The notes beneath the pieces were generated by a model. The model was not told the DNA's origin and did not search any database. It saw only the letters and a list, made by a program, of their open reading frames with translations. The position numbers and the translations under genes were made by a program. A DNA stretch of 62,232 nt, counting the filler, from Chiloscyllium plagiosum (lineage: Eukaryota), in the NCBI RefSeq assembly GCF_004010195.1. It is 5 parts of one record of this genome, joined end to end, with 100 filler letters (N's around TTAATTAATTAA, not from the genome) between each part and the next. Parts side by side here need not be neighbours in the genome. Positions count along the whole stretch, not along the records: positions 1 to 14,599 come from NC_057715.1; positions 14,700 to 20,409 come from NC_057715.1; positions 20,510 to 29,478 come from NC_057715.1; 2 more parts are not named here. One strand, 5' to 3'. Positions 11,801 to 24,731 of the stretch are shown one piece after another (the first letter of the stretch is position 1; the number at the start of each line of letters is the position of its first letter).

Positions 11801-12030
11801 AAACTGAGTTGAACACAGCAGATGTAGCTGCCTTGACAACTTTGCCACCTTAAGAGGAGAATTAATTTCTTATGAGATGTTCCAGGCACAAGAGGCGAGC
11901 AACTGTGTGTTACACTCCACCTGTATCAGAGACTAAGTTAGAGGAATCTGACTCAAGGCTAAAGCATGCCAGGGGGAACTACATAAAAAAAGAGAACTTG
12001 CCTATGCCCTTGGATTCAGAGGAGAAAGAA
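8801..12030 (+). mobile_element. Gypsy internal region, degraded: gag, protease, RT thumb, RNase H, integrase, PPT
   Basis: MEVDTGTAVSV (~9741), RSFLGIVNYY (~9968), LTCDASLY..YAQREKESL (10161-10367). Integrase HHCC (KMLAR.YV.WPGLD..C..CQ), LHINYAGPF and EVLVTDN. Purine tract gaggagaaagaa at 12019-12030. Confidence 0.88.
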
Positions 12031-12260
12031 TGCAGTAATTGTAGCAAGGTCAACCAAGTGATCTCAGAATATGAGTGTCCTGATTAGAACATGTTAACAG
12101 CACCAATCAGGGAGCCCTAGCTGACAGGTAAGAACAGGTGCTTCAGACATCCTGTTCATTTTGAGACCTGGCTCTGAGGAAGCTGGATCAGCATCAAGGA
12201 CTCTTCAAGTGTAAATAAAGGGTGACTTGGTGATGGGAACTGGCCTCTGGAGTTATTTCA
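12031..12260 (+). mobile_element. Gypsy 3' LTR (type A), uninterrupted
   Basis: TG...CA ends, directly after the PPT. CCAAT at ~12103, empty target site aagaacaggtgcttcaga at 12130 and AATAAA at ~12214. Confidence 0.85.
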
Positions 12261-12339
12261 ACCCTTGAACTAATTGGCTTGATATCAGTAATTAGAAAAA
12301 TCAACTTGAATAAATGAATAAATAAGTGATAATAGGGCA

Positions 12340-12570
12340 CTGAAATAAAATATATAAATTGACTAAGTCAACATGGTTCTGAAAGGAAAGTCATAGTTAA
12401 TCAATCAATCCATTGGCGCTGTTTTGAATGTGCAACAAGTAGGGTGATAAAGGGAAAGTACTGGATATACTATATTTGGATTTTAATGAATTATTCAATG
12501 AAAATTATCACAAAAATTTGATGAATAGACTAAATGTTCACAGGACTTTGGATAATACATCTGCAAGCAT
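12340..12570 (+). mobile_element. Old CR1 RT fragment
   Basis: Degenerate SQHG..GKS..FE..T.RVDKG..DILYLDF motif. Confidence 0.55.
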
Positions 12571-13260
12571 AGATCACACATCCAACCCATGTCAATTTGA
12601 CAGGCACCACCACTCCCTAATTCAAATTACCGACAATAATCACATATCCACTTACGCACCATTCAGCCATGCCTCTTTTTATCCACCTCGCAGCCAACAC
12701 TTAATCCACTAGCACTATGCTCCTTCAGCCATCTGCCCTTATTCACTCCATGCTATCTCCCTCTTGTAGCAGCCTCCTGGCTGCGAAAACACAGATAAAT
12801 TGCTGACTTGGCTGAACAACAAGGAACAGTGGATAAATTGGCCAAATGAAACTCTGAAATCACATTGAAACAAACAGTAGCATGCCATCTAAATGACTCT
12901 TGGTTCAAACTATTAAGTACATCTTTCTGATTGGCCAGAACAACAAAATGTTCAAGAAAACCATCAAAAAGTATAAAAATTGAGTTATTTTGCAAATCTC
13001 TATTGGAACTGCTCTTGGAATCTCTGGAATTTGGGACCCTCAGAGGAGACCAGCACGGCAAGGGGCAGAGATCAGCTAAACATCCAGAGAGAGAGGAGGA
13101 GAAAGTAGCTTTGCAGACCCAGTGACAAACCCACAGAGAGAGCCACTGTGTAAATTTACAAGAGACCTGGGAAGGATTGTGTTTTAAAAAATTCTCAAGG
13201 TCAAGGACCAGGCTCGCAGGAAAGTAGTCTGACACAGAACAAACAGCCAAGAGGCGAGTC

Positions 13261-13735
13261 TGCTAGAATATAAGTGTTTTATTCCCCGCAGTGTCACCAC
13301 AACCAGTCTCGTACTTACAACGGGTCTGGCTTATACTCACTCTACATGTTACCAAAACTGGGAGCCGTCAGTTCTCGTAGAGCGGTTGCCAACAACCCAC
13401 GCTCGGCGGTTAAACGTAACCCCGGAGCAGACTCTACCGAACTGGAGACTTCTCCAGCTGATATACCCTTTTCCAGATATAAACATTCATGTGAACAGCA
13501 GAGCAAGGCTAAAAAACACATTCCATTCTGGTTACATACAGATAAGAAGATTCACACGGGAAGGTGTATAACAAGATTCACACGGGACTAAGCGACACCT
13601 TCCATTTTCGGTTAGATTCACACATGTATTGGGACACAATTTTAACCCTTTCACCACATTCCACTGCTTGGCCCAATACATGTGTTGCATAATGATTCAC
13701 ACATGTATTGGGACATAATTTTACACCACAGATTG
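13261..13735 (-). mobile_element. Possible LTR-like element, unclassified
   Basis: CpG-rich relative to flanks. Minus-strand AATAAA at ~13278 and TATA-like gtatatcagc at ~13460. Repeated gattcacac(atgtattgggaca) motifs at 13548-13720. No TSD found. Confidence 0.35.
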
Positions 13736-14345
13736 TAACCTTATGGGGCCAAATAGGATTAGGGACAGTTTGTTTAGTATTAAAGATTGATATAATTTTG
13801 TCCCTAATAGAATCGGATTGCTTTACTTTGGTACCAACTTGTGCTCATATTGATTTGACCGGTTTAGTATTGTGGGACATCTGGGCAAATTCATTCATAA
13901 TATTCTGGTTGGAGTTGGCTGTAACTTAAATAAAGAGGAAACAGACAATATTAGGTGCCCCTGTTAAGAGGCTTCAGTTTGAAGTGACCGTTAAGGCCCT
14001 CCAAACCCAAACTGCCAACCTTCCCTGGCATTTTGCAGATTCAGCCTAAGTTGATTATTAAGTGGGCACCTGCTCCAAGTGAAGGCCAGGATATAAATTA
14101 AACATGAGAATCTGTGGCACTGACAAGAATTGAGCCATAAACCAGGTACCTTAAACTGTGACAGGCAAAGCACAAGCCAAGTGTTCTACAGCCAGAGTGA
14201 GCAAAGCTTGAGCTGTAAAAGGGTTATATGTGAATAGAGAGATTCTGAGGAAGCCAGCCTAAAGGGGACCAGATGTTTGCATCTTGAGTAGAAACCCTGG
14301 AGACATTTGGGACTCCTTGAACAAACCAAGGGTGCTTTTGTTTTA

Positions 14346-14599
14346 AGGAGAAAGAGAGGACTGCAGATGCTGGAGATCAGAGCTGAAAATGTGTTGCTGG
14401 AAAAGCGCAGCAGGTCAGGCAGCATCCAAGGAACAGGAGAATCAACGTTTCGGGCATAAGCCCTTCTTCAGGAATGAGGAAAGTGTGTCCAGCAGGCTAA
14501 GATAAAAGGTAGGGAGGAGGGACTTGGAGGATGGGCGTTGGAATTGCGATAGGTGGAGGGAGGTCAAGGTGAGGGTGATAGGCCGGAGTGGGGTGGGGG
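14346..14599 (-). mobile_element. Penelope-like element terminal repeat with hammerhead motif
   Basis: Near-identical to the reverse complement of 53830-54095. Minus strand reads CTGAAGAAGGGCTTATGCCCGAAACGTTGA. Confidence 0.7.
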
Positions 14600-14699
14600 N
14601 NNNNNNNNNNNNNNNNNNNNNNNNNNNNNNNNNNNNNNNNNNNTTAATTAATTAANNNNNNNNNNNNNNNNNNNNNNNNNNNNNNNNNNNNNNNNNNNN
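14600..14699. other. Scaffold gap spacer
   Basis: N44 TTAATTAATTAA N44. Confidence 0.97.
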
Positions 14700-14708
14700 C
14701 CTTTATTC

Positions 14709-14738
14709 CTGATGAAGGGCTTTTGCCCGAAACGTCGA
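14709..14738 (+). ncRNA. Minimal type I hammerhead ribozyme motif in a Penelope-like terminal repeat (14700-14837)
   Basis: CUGAUGA-A-GGGC-UUUU-GCCC-GAAACGUC: intact core, stem II, palindromic ACGU stem III and GUC cleavage triplet. Confidence 0.7.
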
Positions 14739-15639
14739 TTTCGAAGCTCCTTGGATGCTGCCTGAACTGCTGTGCTCTTCCAGCACCACTAATCCAGAAT
14801 CTGGTTTCCAGCATCTGCAGTCATTGTTTTTACCTTGTCAATTTTCTGTTAGGCCTGATTTCTCCAGCTGTGGGTCAACTTAGAATATTCACTTTTGGAT
14901 CCATGGCCCTTGACCACACTTTGGACACTTTATTACATTGAAAGCATAATACAAAATTGTGATTGTCAAGCATATACAGCATGTCAGACTGGGAAAATGG
15001 AATAAACAGTTAACATACATTATTAACTGAGCAAAAAAAACAAATTGTGTTTGCTGCAGTCCACGTAGAACAATAATTGGTAGAATTTTTCTATCATCCA
15101 CTTTCTCTCCTTGTTGTTAACAATTGTATTATAAAAGGAAATGAAAGCGTTAATGCTGATGATGTAAGCAATGACACAACTCTGACATGTGCAGAGACGT
15201 GATTAAGACTCAAAGAGGAGAAGAGTACAGCACTGTATTGGAGATTTGTAATCAGTATTAAGTATACTGGGCTGTAAAAGTGTTTATTTAATATACTTCA
15301 TGTGAGGGACAGTTGCTGTTAGTTAAGGGTGAGTTAAATGACGTCATGGTCATGTCACTGAGCTAGTAATCTGTCTGATGCACTGCAGATATTAAATCTA
15401 ACCTTCAAGAAAATCTGGAATTAAAGCTTGCCTAATGGTGACTGTAAAACCAATGTTGATTGGTGTAAATTGATAATAAATCCCGGTCCAGCCAGAGACA
15501 CTCTAAGCTTGTGGAACAATTTGTAAAATAAAATATAGAGATGCTACAGACTCAGAACAGTTTGGATAGCGCAGCCTCAAGAGTGCAACCCAGACACCCC
15601 GTGCCCAAGAAAACCAATGGTGTATAGGATGTGGTGGTT

Positions 15640-15812
15640 AAACATCACACAACACCAGGTTATAGTCCAACAGGTTTATTTGGATGCACTAGCTTTTGGA
15701 AGCACTAGCTGTGTCTTACAATCTTATACTCCACAATCATGGAGCAGTGCTCCGAAAGCTAGTGTTTCCAAATAAAACTGTTTGACTATAACCTGGTGTT
15801 GTGTGATTTTTC
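15640..15812. mobile_element. Inverted pair of short Penelope-type terminal repeats
   Basis: atcacacaacaccaggttatagtccaacagg... is inverted against ...gactataacctggtgttgtgtgat. Partial hammerhead gctccgaaagctag. Confidence 0.6.
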
Positions 15813-18544
15813 ACATGGTGGATAGATTATATGAAGGGGCAACCATTCAGGTTAAACCTGACAGGTGGCTATAAATATATTTATCCAAAAGATAGTCACA
15901 GCCATGTCCTCTTAAAACATTAATGATCCAAAATAATGTCATTTAAATAGCTTTGAGTTTATTGATAATTTTTGCTTTACCGAACAATCTGTGCAGGATT
16001 CACACAGAAGAGAACCATCTGTTGGTGAGATTGTTTATACTGTATCTGACTTGCATGGATTTATGTCAAATTAAAATGGGAAACAGAGAAACTTATCATG
16101 ATAAATCATGTTCATATATTGAAAATTGTGGTCAAGAGAAATGATCTAGGAGTGATTATTCATTAGTCCTTGTAAATCTTCAAAAGACAGTGACCCACAT
16201 AAGAGTTTTGAGATTTATCAATGAAAACACTAAATACAAGTCAAAGTATCAATGGCAGTATAACTCCTTGGTGAAATCTTGCTCACAATATCATGCTAGA
16301 TTCTTGTCAATTTACCTGAAAAGAAAAACTTACAAGAGCGTAGAAAATAAATTTGCCGAGTCGGTTTGATAAAGGAGCAGTGCTCCCAAAGCTAGTGCTT
16401 CCAAATAAACCTGTTGGATGATTTTTAACTTTATTTTCTCAAGGCAGTGTGAGATTGGATATGATCTAGATATAAGAAAACAAAGGGCCATGATGTAATC
16501 TATAGTGAGTCATTCCCAAAGGCAGAACTGAAAAGGTTGCCAAGTCTGCTAAAAGTTCAGGAGCTGGTGTTCATATAGTTCATGTGAAAATTTAAAGGAT
16601 CAATAGCAGGTATGTAAAGCATATATAAACGCATGGCAGGGGTGAGTATCCATTGGACTATCCTGCAGGTCCAGGTAAGCTGTGACAGAGCTGCCTGAAA
16701 AAGGAGGGAGGCTCAGCATCAAGCCCATCAATTTGATGCCAACCTCCATTCATCCTGCAGCAAGCTTCATTTGTTTATGGAATCCTTCATACCCACAGCC
16801 ACCCACAAAGCTCTACCCCTCATTAAGATCTACTGCTCTGGGATCCCCAGATCATTCTACATGTTTAATTCATACTGCCCAAGCAGAGGCATAGGCTGGC
16901 CCTACAGTTCATCAATGCCTTCCTGCAGGTTATTCTCCAAGCCATCAGGGAATGGCAAACAACCGTGATAGTTCTCAGAGTGGCCAATCCATTACTGATG
17001 ATAATGCTAAAGTGGCAAGGCAACAGAACCAGTAAGTCTGAGATGGTGTTGCGATACTGAGCACACAGGCCCAAGTGAGGAATTATCTTTGCTCATTGAC
17101 CCTACAGAATGGTGATATATTTCCCTTTCAATCTTCTTTGTGATTTCCTGCAATCCAAACGTCAAATCTCAGCCACTGACAAATGATAACTTTAATTCTG
17201 TCCACAATGACACATGTGACATAGAGGATGCACTGTCACCTGCCACAGAAATCTTGCTGGGAACATCTCAAGGTAATTGAAACATATGGCAGAGATCCTG
17301 TCATCAAGAAAGTATACATGCTGTCTCTCCCACTCTGAGCCTTTTCAATCAAAATCAAGATTCCTCTTCTGACCCAGGCTTAATCTACACATTTTAAAGT
17401 CTCCATTAGATCCTGTCACGCTCCCTATGAGATATTTTTAATACTCCCGCCTCAAGCTGAATTTCCTCTCCCCCATAAAAAAGGATCTACTCCCCACAGT
17501 GACTGTAAACATTCTCTCTTTCTTCCGACCAAAACCCTGAGTCCCACATTCCCTGAGGTCAACCCAGTGCTGGCTTCTTTCCACATTCTGACACTTTCAT
17601 TGTGATTTTAGCATTTTGGCTGCCACACACCATGTTTCCCACTCTCAAATTCAGTCCTATATTTCCCAAAACAATTCAGTCAGTTTTGATAGATCGAAAT
17701 ATATCAGTACTCACCGAGTGACCTTCTCATACTACAATAGCTAATTTCTTTAGACATGATGAGAACAGTCTTGTGATTTAAATAATTGCTATTGCTGTGG
17801 CACTTTATGGTAAAGTGATCATTTTTGAGAAACTGTACACCATCTGTGAATCATTTTGATTAATTTCTGTTCAGCTGAAAGATAATCATATAAAGGGGAC
17901 TCTTATATCATTGAGTTCTGGATTGACGACTTCAGGAATGAGGACCTGGATAAAATTAGCTGTAGCATTTGCAATGTTAAGGCATTACTACAATCTGACA
18001 CAAACTCAACTTTCTTCTCATAGTGACACTAAAAGCAACCATTTACAAAACAAAAAAAACTCTCAAATATTTTCACCTGTTTCCAGGAATATAAAATCAA
18101 TTCATAACCTATTAAAAACAATGAGTCTCTAACTTTGGCTAATTGGCAACACTTATGCCTGTGAATTAGAAAGACGTGGCTTTAACTCAGGTATATGTAG
18201 ATAATTTCCAGATACTTGACCTTAATCAGCAAAATTTGGGATCTGCAAACTCATCAGCCGCTGATGAAAATGGACTGAGACCCAACTCACTTCACATCTT
18301 GATGGCATGATACTGATGGTTTTCAAAAGAGTTTTTAGATTGTTGAGGAGTACAAGCAATGTCTACTGCTTTATATTTTAATATTGTCACTACAGCTGAA
18401 GCATATCACAGAAAACATCACTGAGGTGATTTACTCTGTTGTGCAGCATTCCATGACGAATTCTCTGGAAGGGTTTTGAAACTGTATTCGTTGGATTGCT
18501 GGGCCATTTCAGAAGACAGTTAAGAATCAATCTCAGTAATGTAA

Positions 18545-19121
18545 AATGTAGGGTACATGGAACAGTCCATCTTCTGCAGTTACACTGGCACCATTCCCCA
18601 CTTCTTCCTCCGCAACACTGATGATTATATAGGTGCCACCTCGTGCTCCCCCAAGGAGGTTGAGCAGTTCATCAACTTTGCAAATACCTTCCACCCTGAT
18701 CTCAAGATCACCTGGATCATCATGGACATGTCCCTCCCCTTCCTGGACATTTCTATCTCCCTTTCCAGTGACCGACTCAACACAGACATCTACTTCAAAC
18801 CCATCGACTTCACCAGAGACTTGGAATACACCTCCTCCCTCCCTACCTCCTGTAAAGATCTTATTCCTTATTCTCAATTTGTCTGCCTCTGCTGCATCTG
18901 TTCCCAGGATGACCAATTCTACTGCAGAACATCCCAGGTGGCCTCCTTCTTCAACAACTGTAATTTCCCCTCCCATGTTGTCAACAATATCCTCCAGTGC
19001 ATCTCCTTCACCTCCGTCACCTCTGTCCTTGAACCCCACCCCTCCAATCGCAGCAAGACCAGATACCCCAGTCCTCACCTTACACTCCAAAAACCTCCGG
19101 ATGCAACACATCATCCTCCAT
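18545..19121 (+). mobile_element. Penelope-like element reverse transcriptase fragment
   Basis: ORF 18557 reads MEQSIF..FLRNTDD (RYIDD)..FINFANTFHPDLKIT..SLPFLDI..TDIYFKP..IPYSQF..ICS, characteristic of PLE RT and thumb. Confidence 0.85.
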
Positions 19122-20409
19122 CAAGGCACACGGTGAGGACAGTGCAGGAGAGAGAGTTAAAGGGAGAACCTGCACAGTTGCTACCTTTGCTGTTTGAATT
19201 CGTGTATAACTGGACATCGGCGTGCATCTGGGAAAATTAAAAAACAGTGAAATTCACAACTAATCTTGGAGGAACTGTTGGGCGAAGTTCACAGCACAGA
19301 ATCAGATAAGTTAATTGTTGTTTCAAGTCTGTCCAAGAGAAAGGCTGCAGTAGTGAGTATAGTGGATTATTTCTTGATTGTATGTTTTTTGGATATAAGT
19401 CTCTTGATTAATCTTAAAATATAAGCCACAGCTATTAATTAATGGGCAGTGTTTGTAGAGGAATAAGACGGTGTTATTTTCTGGGTCTGTAGATTGTGAA
19501 GGAGCAACAATGGCCTTTGCAGTGATATGTACTTCCTGTCAGATGTGGGAGTTTAAAGAGAGTTTAAGGGTTACTGTGGATTATATCTGCCATAAATGCT
19601 GTTGGATGCGAATCTTATCAGATCGAGTGGATCAGTTGGAGAGACAGATAGAAGCGATGAGGAATTTGCAACAGCAACAGTATGTGATGGATGGCAGTTA
19701 TAGGAAGGGGAGAAGTCTCAGATACAGTCACATAGGAAGGGTAAGAGAGTTAGGCAGCCAGTGCAGGAGTCTTTTGTGGATATAACCATTTCAAACAGGT
19801 ATGCTGTTTTGGAAAATGTAGGGGGTGATGGATTCTCAGGGGAACGTAGCACGAACAGCCACGTTTCTGGTATTGAGACTGGCTCTAATGCAACGAGGGG
19901 TACGTCGGCTTCCAAGAGATCAATTGTGTAAGGGGATTCTGTAGTCAGGTACAGACAGATGTTTCTGTGGCCAGCAGAGAAAAAGCAGAATGGTGTGTTG
20001 TTTCCCTGGTGCCAAGATCAAGGATGTTTCAGAAAGGGTGCAGAATGTTCTCACGGGGGAGAGGGGCCAGTTGGAGGTCATTGTCCACATTGGAACCAAC
20101 GACTTTGGAAGGGAAAAGATTGAGATTCTGAAGGGAGATTACAGAGAATTAGGCAGAAATTTAAAAAGGAGGTCCTCAAGGGTAGTAATATCTGGATTAC
20201 TCCCAGTGCTACGAGCTAGTGAGGGCAGGAATAGGAGGATAGAGCAGATGAATGCATGGCTGAGGAGCTGGTGTATGGGAGAAGGATTCACATGTTTGGA
20301 TCATTGGAATCTCTTTTGGGGTAGAAGTGACCAATACAAGGACGGATTGCACCTAAATTGGAAAGGGACTAATATACTGGCAGGGAAATTTGCTAGAACT
20401 GCTGGGGAG
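19122..20409 (+). mobile_element. CR1 LINE 5' part: 5'UTR and ORF1 (zinc finger/coiled coil plus SGNH esterase), frameshifted
   Basis: ORF 19471 reads CTSCQMWE..YICHKC..LSDRVDQLERQIEAM. ORF 19990 reads CFPGAKIKD..VHIGTND..DGLHLN. The 5'UTR matches 29579-29760 on the minus strand. Confidence 0.9.
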
Positions 20410-20509
20410 NNNNNNNNNNNNNNNNNNNNNNNNNNNNNNNNNNNNNNNNNNNNTTAATTAATTAANNNNNNNNNNNNNNNNNNNNNNNNNNNNNNNNNNN
20501 NNNNNNNNN
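20410..20509. other. Scaffold gap spacer
   Basis: N44 TTAATTAATTAA N44. Confidence 0.97.
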
Positions 20510-21133
20510 CCAGGTTAATAGTGCGGTGAAGAAGGCATATGGATTACTGGCTTTTATTGGTAGAGGAATTGAGTTCCGGAGCCCTTAGGTCATGTTGCAG
20601 TTGTATAAGACTCTGGTGCGGCTGCATCTGGAGTATTGTGTGCAGTTTTGGTCGCCATATTATAGGAAGGATGTGGAGGCACTGGAACAGGTGCAGAGGA
20701 GTTTTACCAGGATGTTGCCTGGTATGGTAGGAAGATCGTATGAGGAAAGGCTGAGGTACTTGGGGCTGTTTTCATTGGAGAAAAGAAGGTTTAGGGGTGA
20801 CTTGATAGAGGTGTATAAGATGATTAGGAGTTTAGATGGGGTTGACCATGAGAACCTTTTTCCACGTATGGAGTCAGCTATTACGAGGGGGCATAGCTTT
20901 AAATTAAGGGATGGAAGGTATAGGACAGATGTTAGGTGTAGATTCTTTACTCAGCGAGTCGTGAGTTCATGGAATGCCCTGCCAGTAGCAGTGGTGGACT
21001 CTCCCTCTTTATGGGCATTTAAACGGGCATTGGATAGGCATATGGAGGATAGTGGGCTAGTGTAGGTTAGGTGGGCTTGGATCGGCGCAACATCGAGGGC
21101 CAAAATACTGCGCTGTATTTTTCTATGTTCTAT
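20510..21133 (+). mobile_element. CR1 LINE 3' end (young subfamily)
   Basis: ORF 20592-21065 is the CR1 ORF2 C-terminus. Tail ttctatgttctat. Highly similar to the reverse complement of 61608-62232. Confidence 0.92.
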
Positions 21134-24100
21134 CACTATTCATTTTCCCCTTCAAAACAGTAATCAAACATATACATGCAGTCCCAATTATTAACACATC
21201 ATGTTTCCCAGTTCACTTTGACCCATTATAGTGTTAGATGTTTTATCACTTCAGAATGATCTCAAATTAAAATAGCACTACCTTTCAGCTGACAGGTTTT
21301 GTTCATGTTCAATTTATTTCTCCCCCCAAAAAAAAAAATTCTTTGATGCTCAACAACTATCTAGACTTTTTTTCCATTAGTTTTTTTGTTTGAAAATTAA
21401 AATTTTATTATCCCCTTAAACCTCAGGTAAATTTTCCTTTGAGTACTTGAAATGGCAACCCATATCAATCTTTTCTATCATTTTCAATTTCAAGAACAAT
21501 TGTTCCCAGTCATGGTGGTTTTAAATGGTAACAGAAGTGTTTGCTATGAGTTTAGCAGCTAAATACCATACTTGTCAAATTCAGAATAAGTCTTCTTCAG
21601 AGCGGAAAGGTGCTGGAAAATATTGTTTTTATGCCTTAGAGAAATGAGTAGGTGGAACTTGATCCTTATCTCCCCACTTCGACAGTAAGTTTGACTATTT
21701 TCAGTACTTTTCATTTCTGAAGAAAACTTAAAACAGTAATTCTGTGACTATCTCCATGGATGATGCTAGACCTGCTGAGTTTCTCTACCAGTATCCAGAT
21801 TATTTTTATTCAAGTATCACGTCTCTTCTCACACACTTTGTCTTGAAAAATCAGAAATAGTCCAAATGGTTAAGAGCAGATCTTTAAAGTTTTCTGAATT
21901 TTAAAAAAAATGTTGTCAAAACACTATGCTTTAATTTCCAAAACTGTTTCTTTTTGCTGCAATCAGTATTCATGGGGAGCTGGAAACCATTATCACCTGT
22001 TATTGTGATTATGATTAGTAGACCAAGTGGTTAAATTGTCCTAATAGATCTGTGAGATTAAAATCTTAAATCAACACTTAGCAGAAAGAATAAACTTAGA
22101 TGATTGTTTGTGATTTGAGGGTTAAATTTTTCATGCAATTATGTTATATTTTTGTAATGTACATCTCTTAAAGAAATAAAAAGCAAATTGTATTTTAAAT
22201 AGTATTCTTGATCAAAGTGTGTCAGCATTTGTAAAAACAAAACTTCTTCTTCAATTCTGACTGGGAAAAGTTTATCTTTCACTGCAGAGAATGGTGAATC
22301 ATAAATTGGCTTTTGTTAACTCATGTAGTGCTCATCTAGAGTAGTGCAGGCAGCAGCAATGGCTGTCCTCCTTATGCACCTCAATGGCTTTCCTCAATGA
22401 CAGATTTTGTGGCAGCAAGATTCTTGCTATATGCATACTGTCCACAACCAGGCTAGGTTATCAGCATATTGGGTCTGTCACTCAATGACCCAAGTTTAAA
22501 GTCGTAACGGTGGAATGTCACAGAATGGAGCAGCTTGACTGCTGCGAGAATACTGTGTATTCGCCTGCAAGGTTTGCTGCACATGGCTGCACTTCAACTG
22601 CATCTTTGATGATATCCCCAAGTTTAGGTGCAGTACTTGCCTTTTTGTAAATCAGACCTGGCAATGATGGGGAATCCCATGACACTGGTAAGGTCACGTA
22701 CATGCTCTATCTGCTGCTCTCTAAAACAAGGGAATTTTGTTCTTTATTCCATCCTGGAAAGTGAGCATCACTGACAAAATCAGAATTTATTGCCAATTTT
22801 TTATTAACTTTAAACCACTCTCTTATATTGCTGTCATCCATTGATCCAGGTATTTACACAGTACCATTAAGGAGGTATTGTCAGGATTTTGACCTTGTGG
22901 CAGTGAAGGAATTCAACATATTTCTGATTCAGGATCTGCACATAACTGTGTTATCATGTGTCTTGTGCTCTTGGTCTTCCTGGTGGGAGATATCAAAGTT
23001 TAGAAGGTCAAAATAGTTTTGATAAGTTGTGGCGATACATCATGTAATTGTTCTTTGTTAATGCATGGAATGGAGATATTGTTGGCTGAATCAGCATTTA
23101 TTATCCAGAGAACAGTTATGAGTGATCTACATTCTGTAAGTCTAAATTTATATGTCGTTCAGACTGGGTAAGGACAGCAGTTTCATTCTCTGGATGACAT
23201 TAGTGAACTGGGTGGTTTTTTTTTCTGCACAATGGATAATAATTTCATGGCCATCATTAGACTCTTAATTGCAGATTTTTAAAAAAATTCAAAATGGTAC
23301 CTATTGCTGACACAATGCACTAATGGGGGAAGAGTGTGGTTTCTTTAGCAATCAATGTAATATCAGTCAGTTGAGCTGCTTTGTCTTGAAGAACATTAAG
23401 ATTCTTGTATGTTGTTAGAGCAGCACTCAACTACCAAATTATTCCATTATACTCCTGACTTGTGCCTTCTGATGGGAGACAACCATTGAGGAATCAGAAG
23501 GAGATTAACTCAGGATGAAGTTCCCAGCTTCTGACCTACTGCTTTAGCCATATTATAGATATGATAGAGTAAACAAGGCATAGCAAAAGACCACATGCCA
23601 ATGTTTATATTTTGTTTAAACCTCTTTCCAAACCTCTTACCAGTCATCACCCTCTGTCCTTTTTCCTGTAAATGGAACTATCTCCAAAACTATTTCAAGC
23701 ATTCCTAAGGTGAAGGGAGATTCACTGCCTCATTATTCTTTGAGAAAACAATATCTTTGATTCGTCATTGGACTTCTTTGTTAATATCAAATATTGACTG
23801 CCTCTTATTATTCACTACACAAGGAAACATTCTCACTGTATCCACTTGATCAAAATCTTTCAGAATTCTAAACACCTCTACTCAATCACTCAGCACTATT
23901 ATTTGTTCAAGAAAAGTGATTCAGATTGTCAGTTGTTTCCTGGTGTGCATATCTATACACACTTCTGATCTAAGTGGCTCAGTTAAATTTCTGATTAATC
24001 ATAATTCCAAAGGTAGAGAAATCAGAGGTGGTGATTGTTTATTGTCAAAGGAAGGTGTTTAAATTGTCTCTTGCTGAAGATGGCCACTGCTTAGCAATTT

Positions 24101-24536
24101 TGTATTGCAAACATTATTTATCACTTGCCAGCTCAAGCATAAATGCCATCCAGTCTTGCTGCATTTGGATAAGGACAGCTTCACCACCTGAGAAGGTGAA
24201 TGATGTTACATTATAGGTAATTATCAGCAGACATCCACACTTTGAGTTTATGGCTATTGTCATTTATAAAATAAGTGATGATGATTGGGCCTAGAACACT
24301 TCAAAGAGGAACCCTAAAGTGACACCCTGGGTCTGACTGATATTCAACAAACAGAAGCATGATGTTTTTTTGTAGCATGTTTTATTCCAAGCCATAGAAA
24401 GGTACTTCTAATTTCCATTACTCTCTGATGTCACACTCAGTGGAATTTGGCTTTAATATCAATGATTATTACTCTAAGCTCACTTCCAGAATTCAACTCT
24501 CTCGTTCATTTTTGGAAGAAAACTATGATGCTAAAG

Positions 24537-24731
24537 TTAAAAATCACAAAACACCAGGTTATAGTCCAACAGCTTTAGTTGGAAGCACACTCGCTTTCGG
24601 AGCGACGCTCCTTCATCAGGTGATTGTCTGATGAAGCTAGTGTGCTTCCAATTAAACCTGTTGGACTATAACCTGGTGTTGTGTGATTTTTAACTTTGTA
24701 CACCCCAGTCCAACACCGGCATCTCCGAATC
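24537..24731. mobile_element. Short Penelope-type insert with inverted repeat, hammerhead motif and TSD
   Basis: Inverted arms 24533-24596 and 24634-24697. Minus strand CACCTGATGAAGGAGCGTCGCTCCGAAAGCGAGTG at 24588-24622. TSD atgatgctaaag (24525) / ataatgctaaag (24732). Confidence 0.72.

Noticed and set aside
14600..14699. TTAATTAATTAA palindrome centred in N runs (also 20410, 29479, 53690)
   Set aside because: Identical 100-bp artificial gap spacer with stops in all six frames. It is not biological.
17876..18430. Several AG...GT open segments and a KIWDL WD40-like peptide
   Set aside because: Weak or missing donors and early stops. Indistinguishable from chance.
18533..19136. Overlapping 193-aa (-) and 167-aa (+) ORFs
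   Set aside because: Shadow frames of the Penelope RT fragment.
19122..21133. Apparent single short CR1 spanning the gap
   Set aside because: The two sides resemble different CR1 subfamilies and are joined by a gap, so contiguity cannot be assumed.
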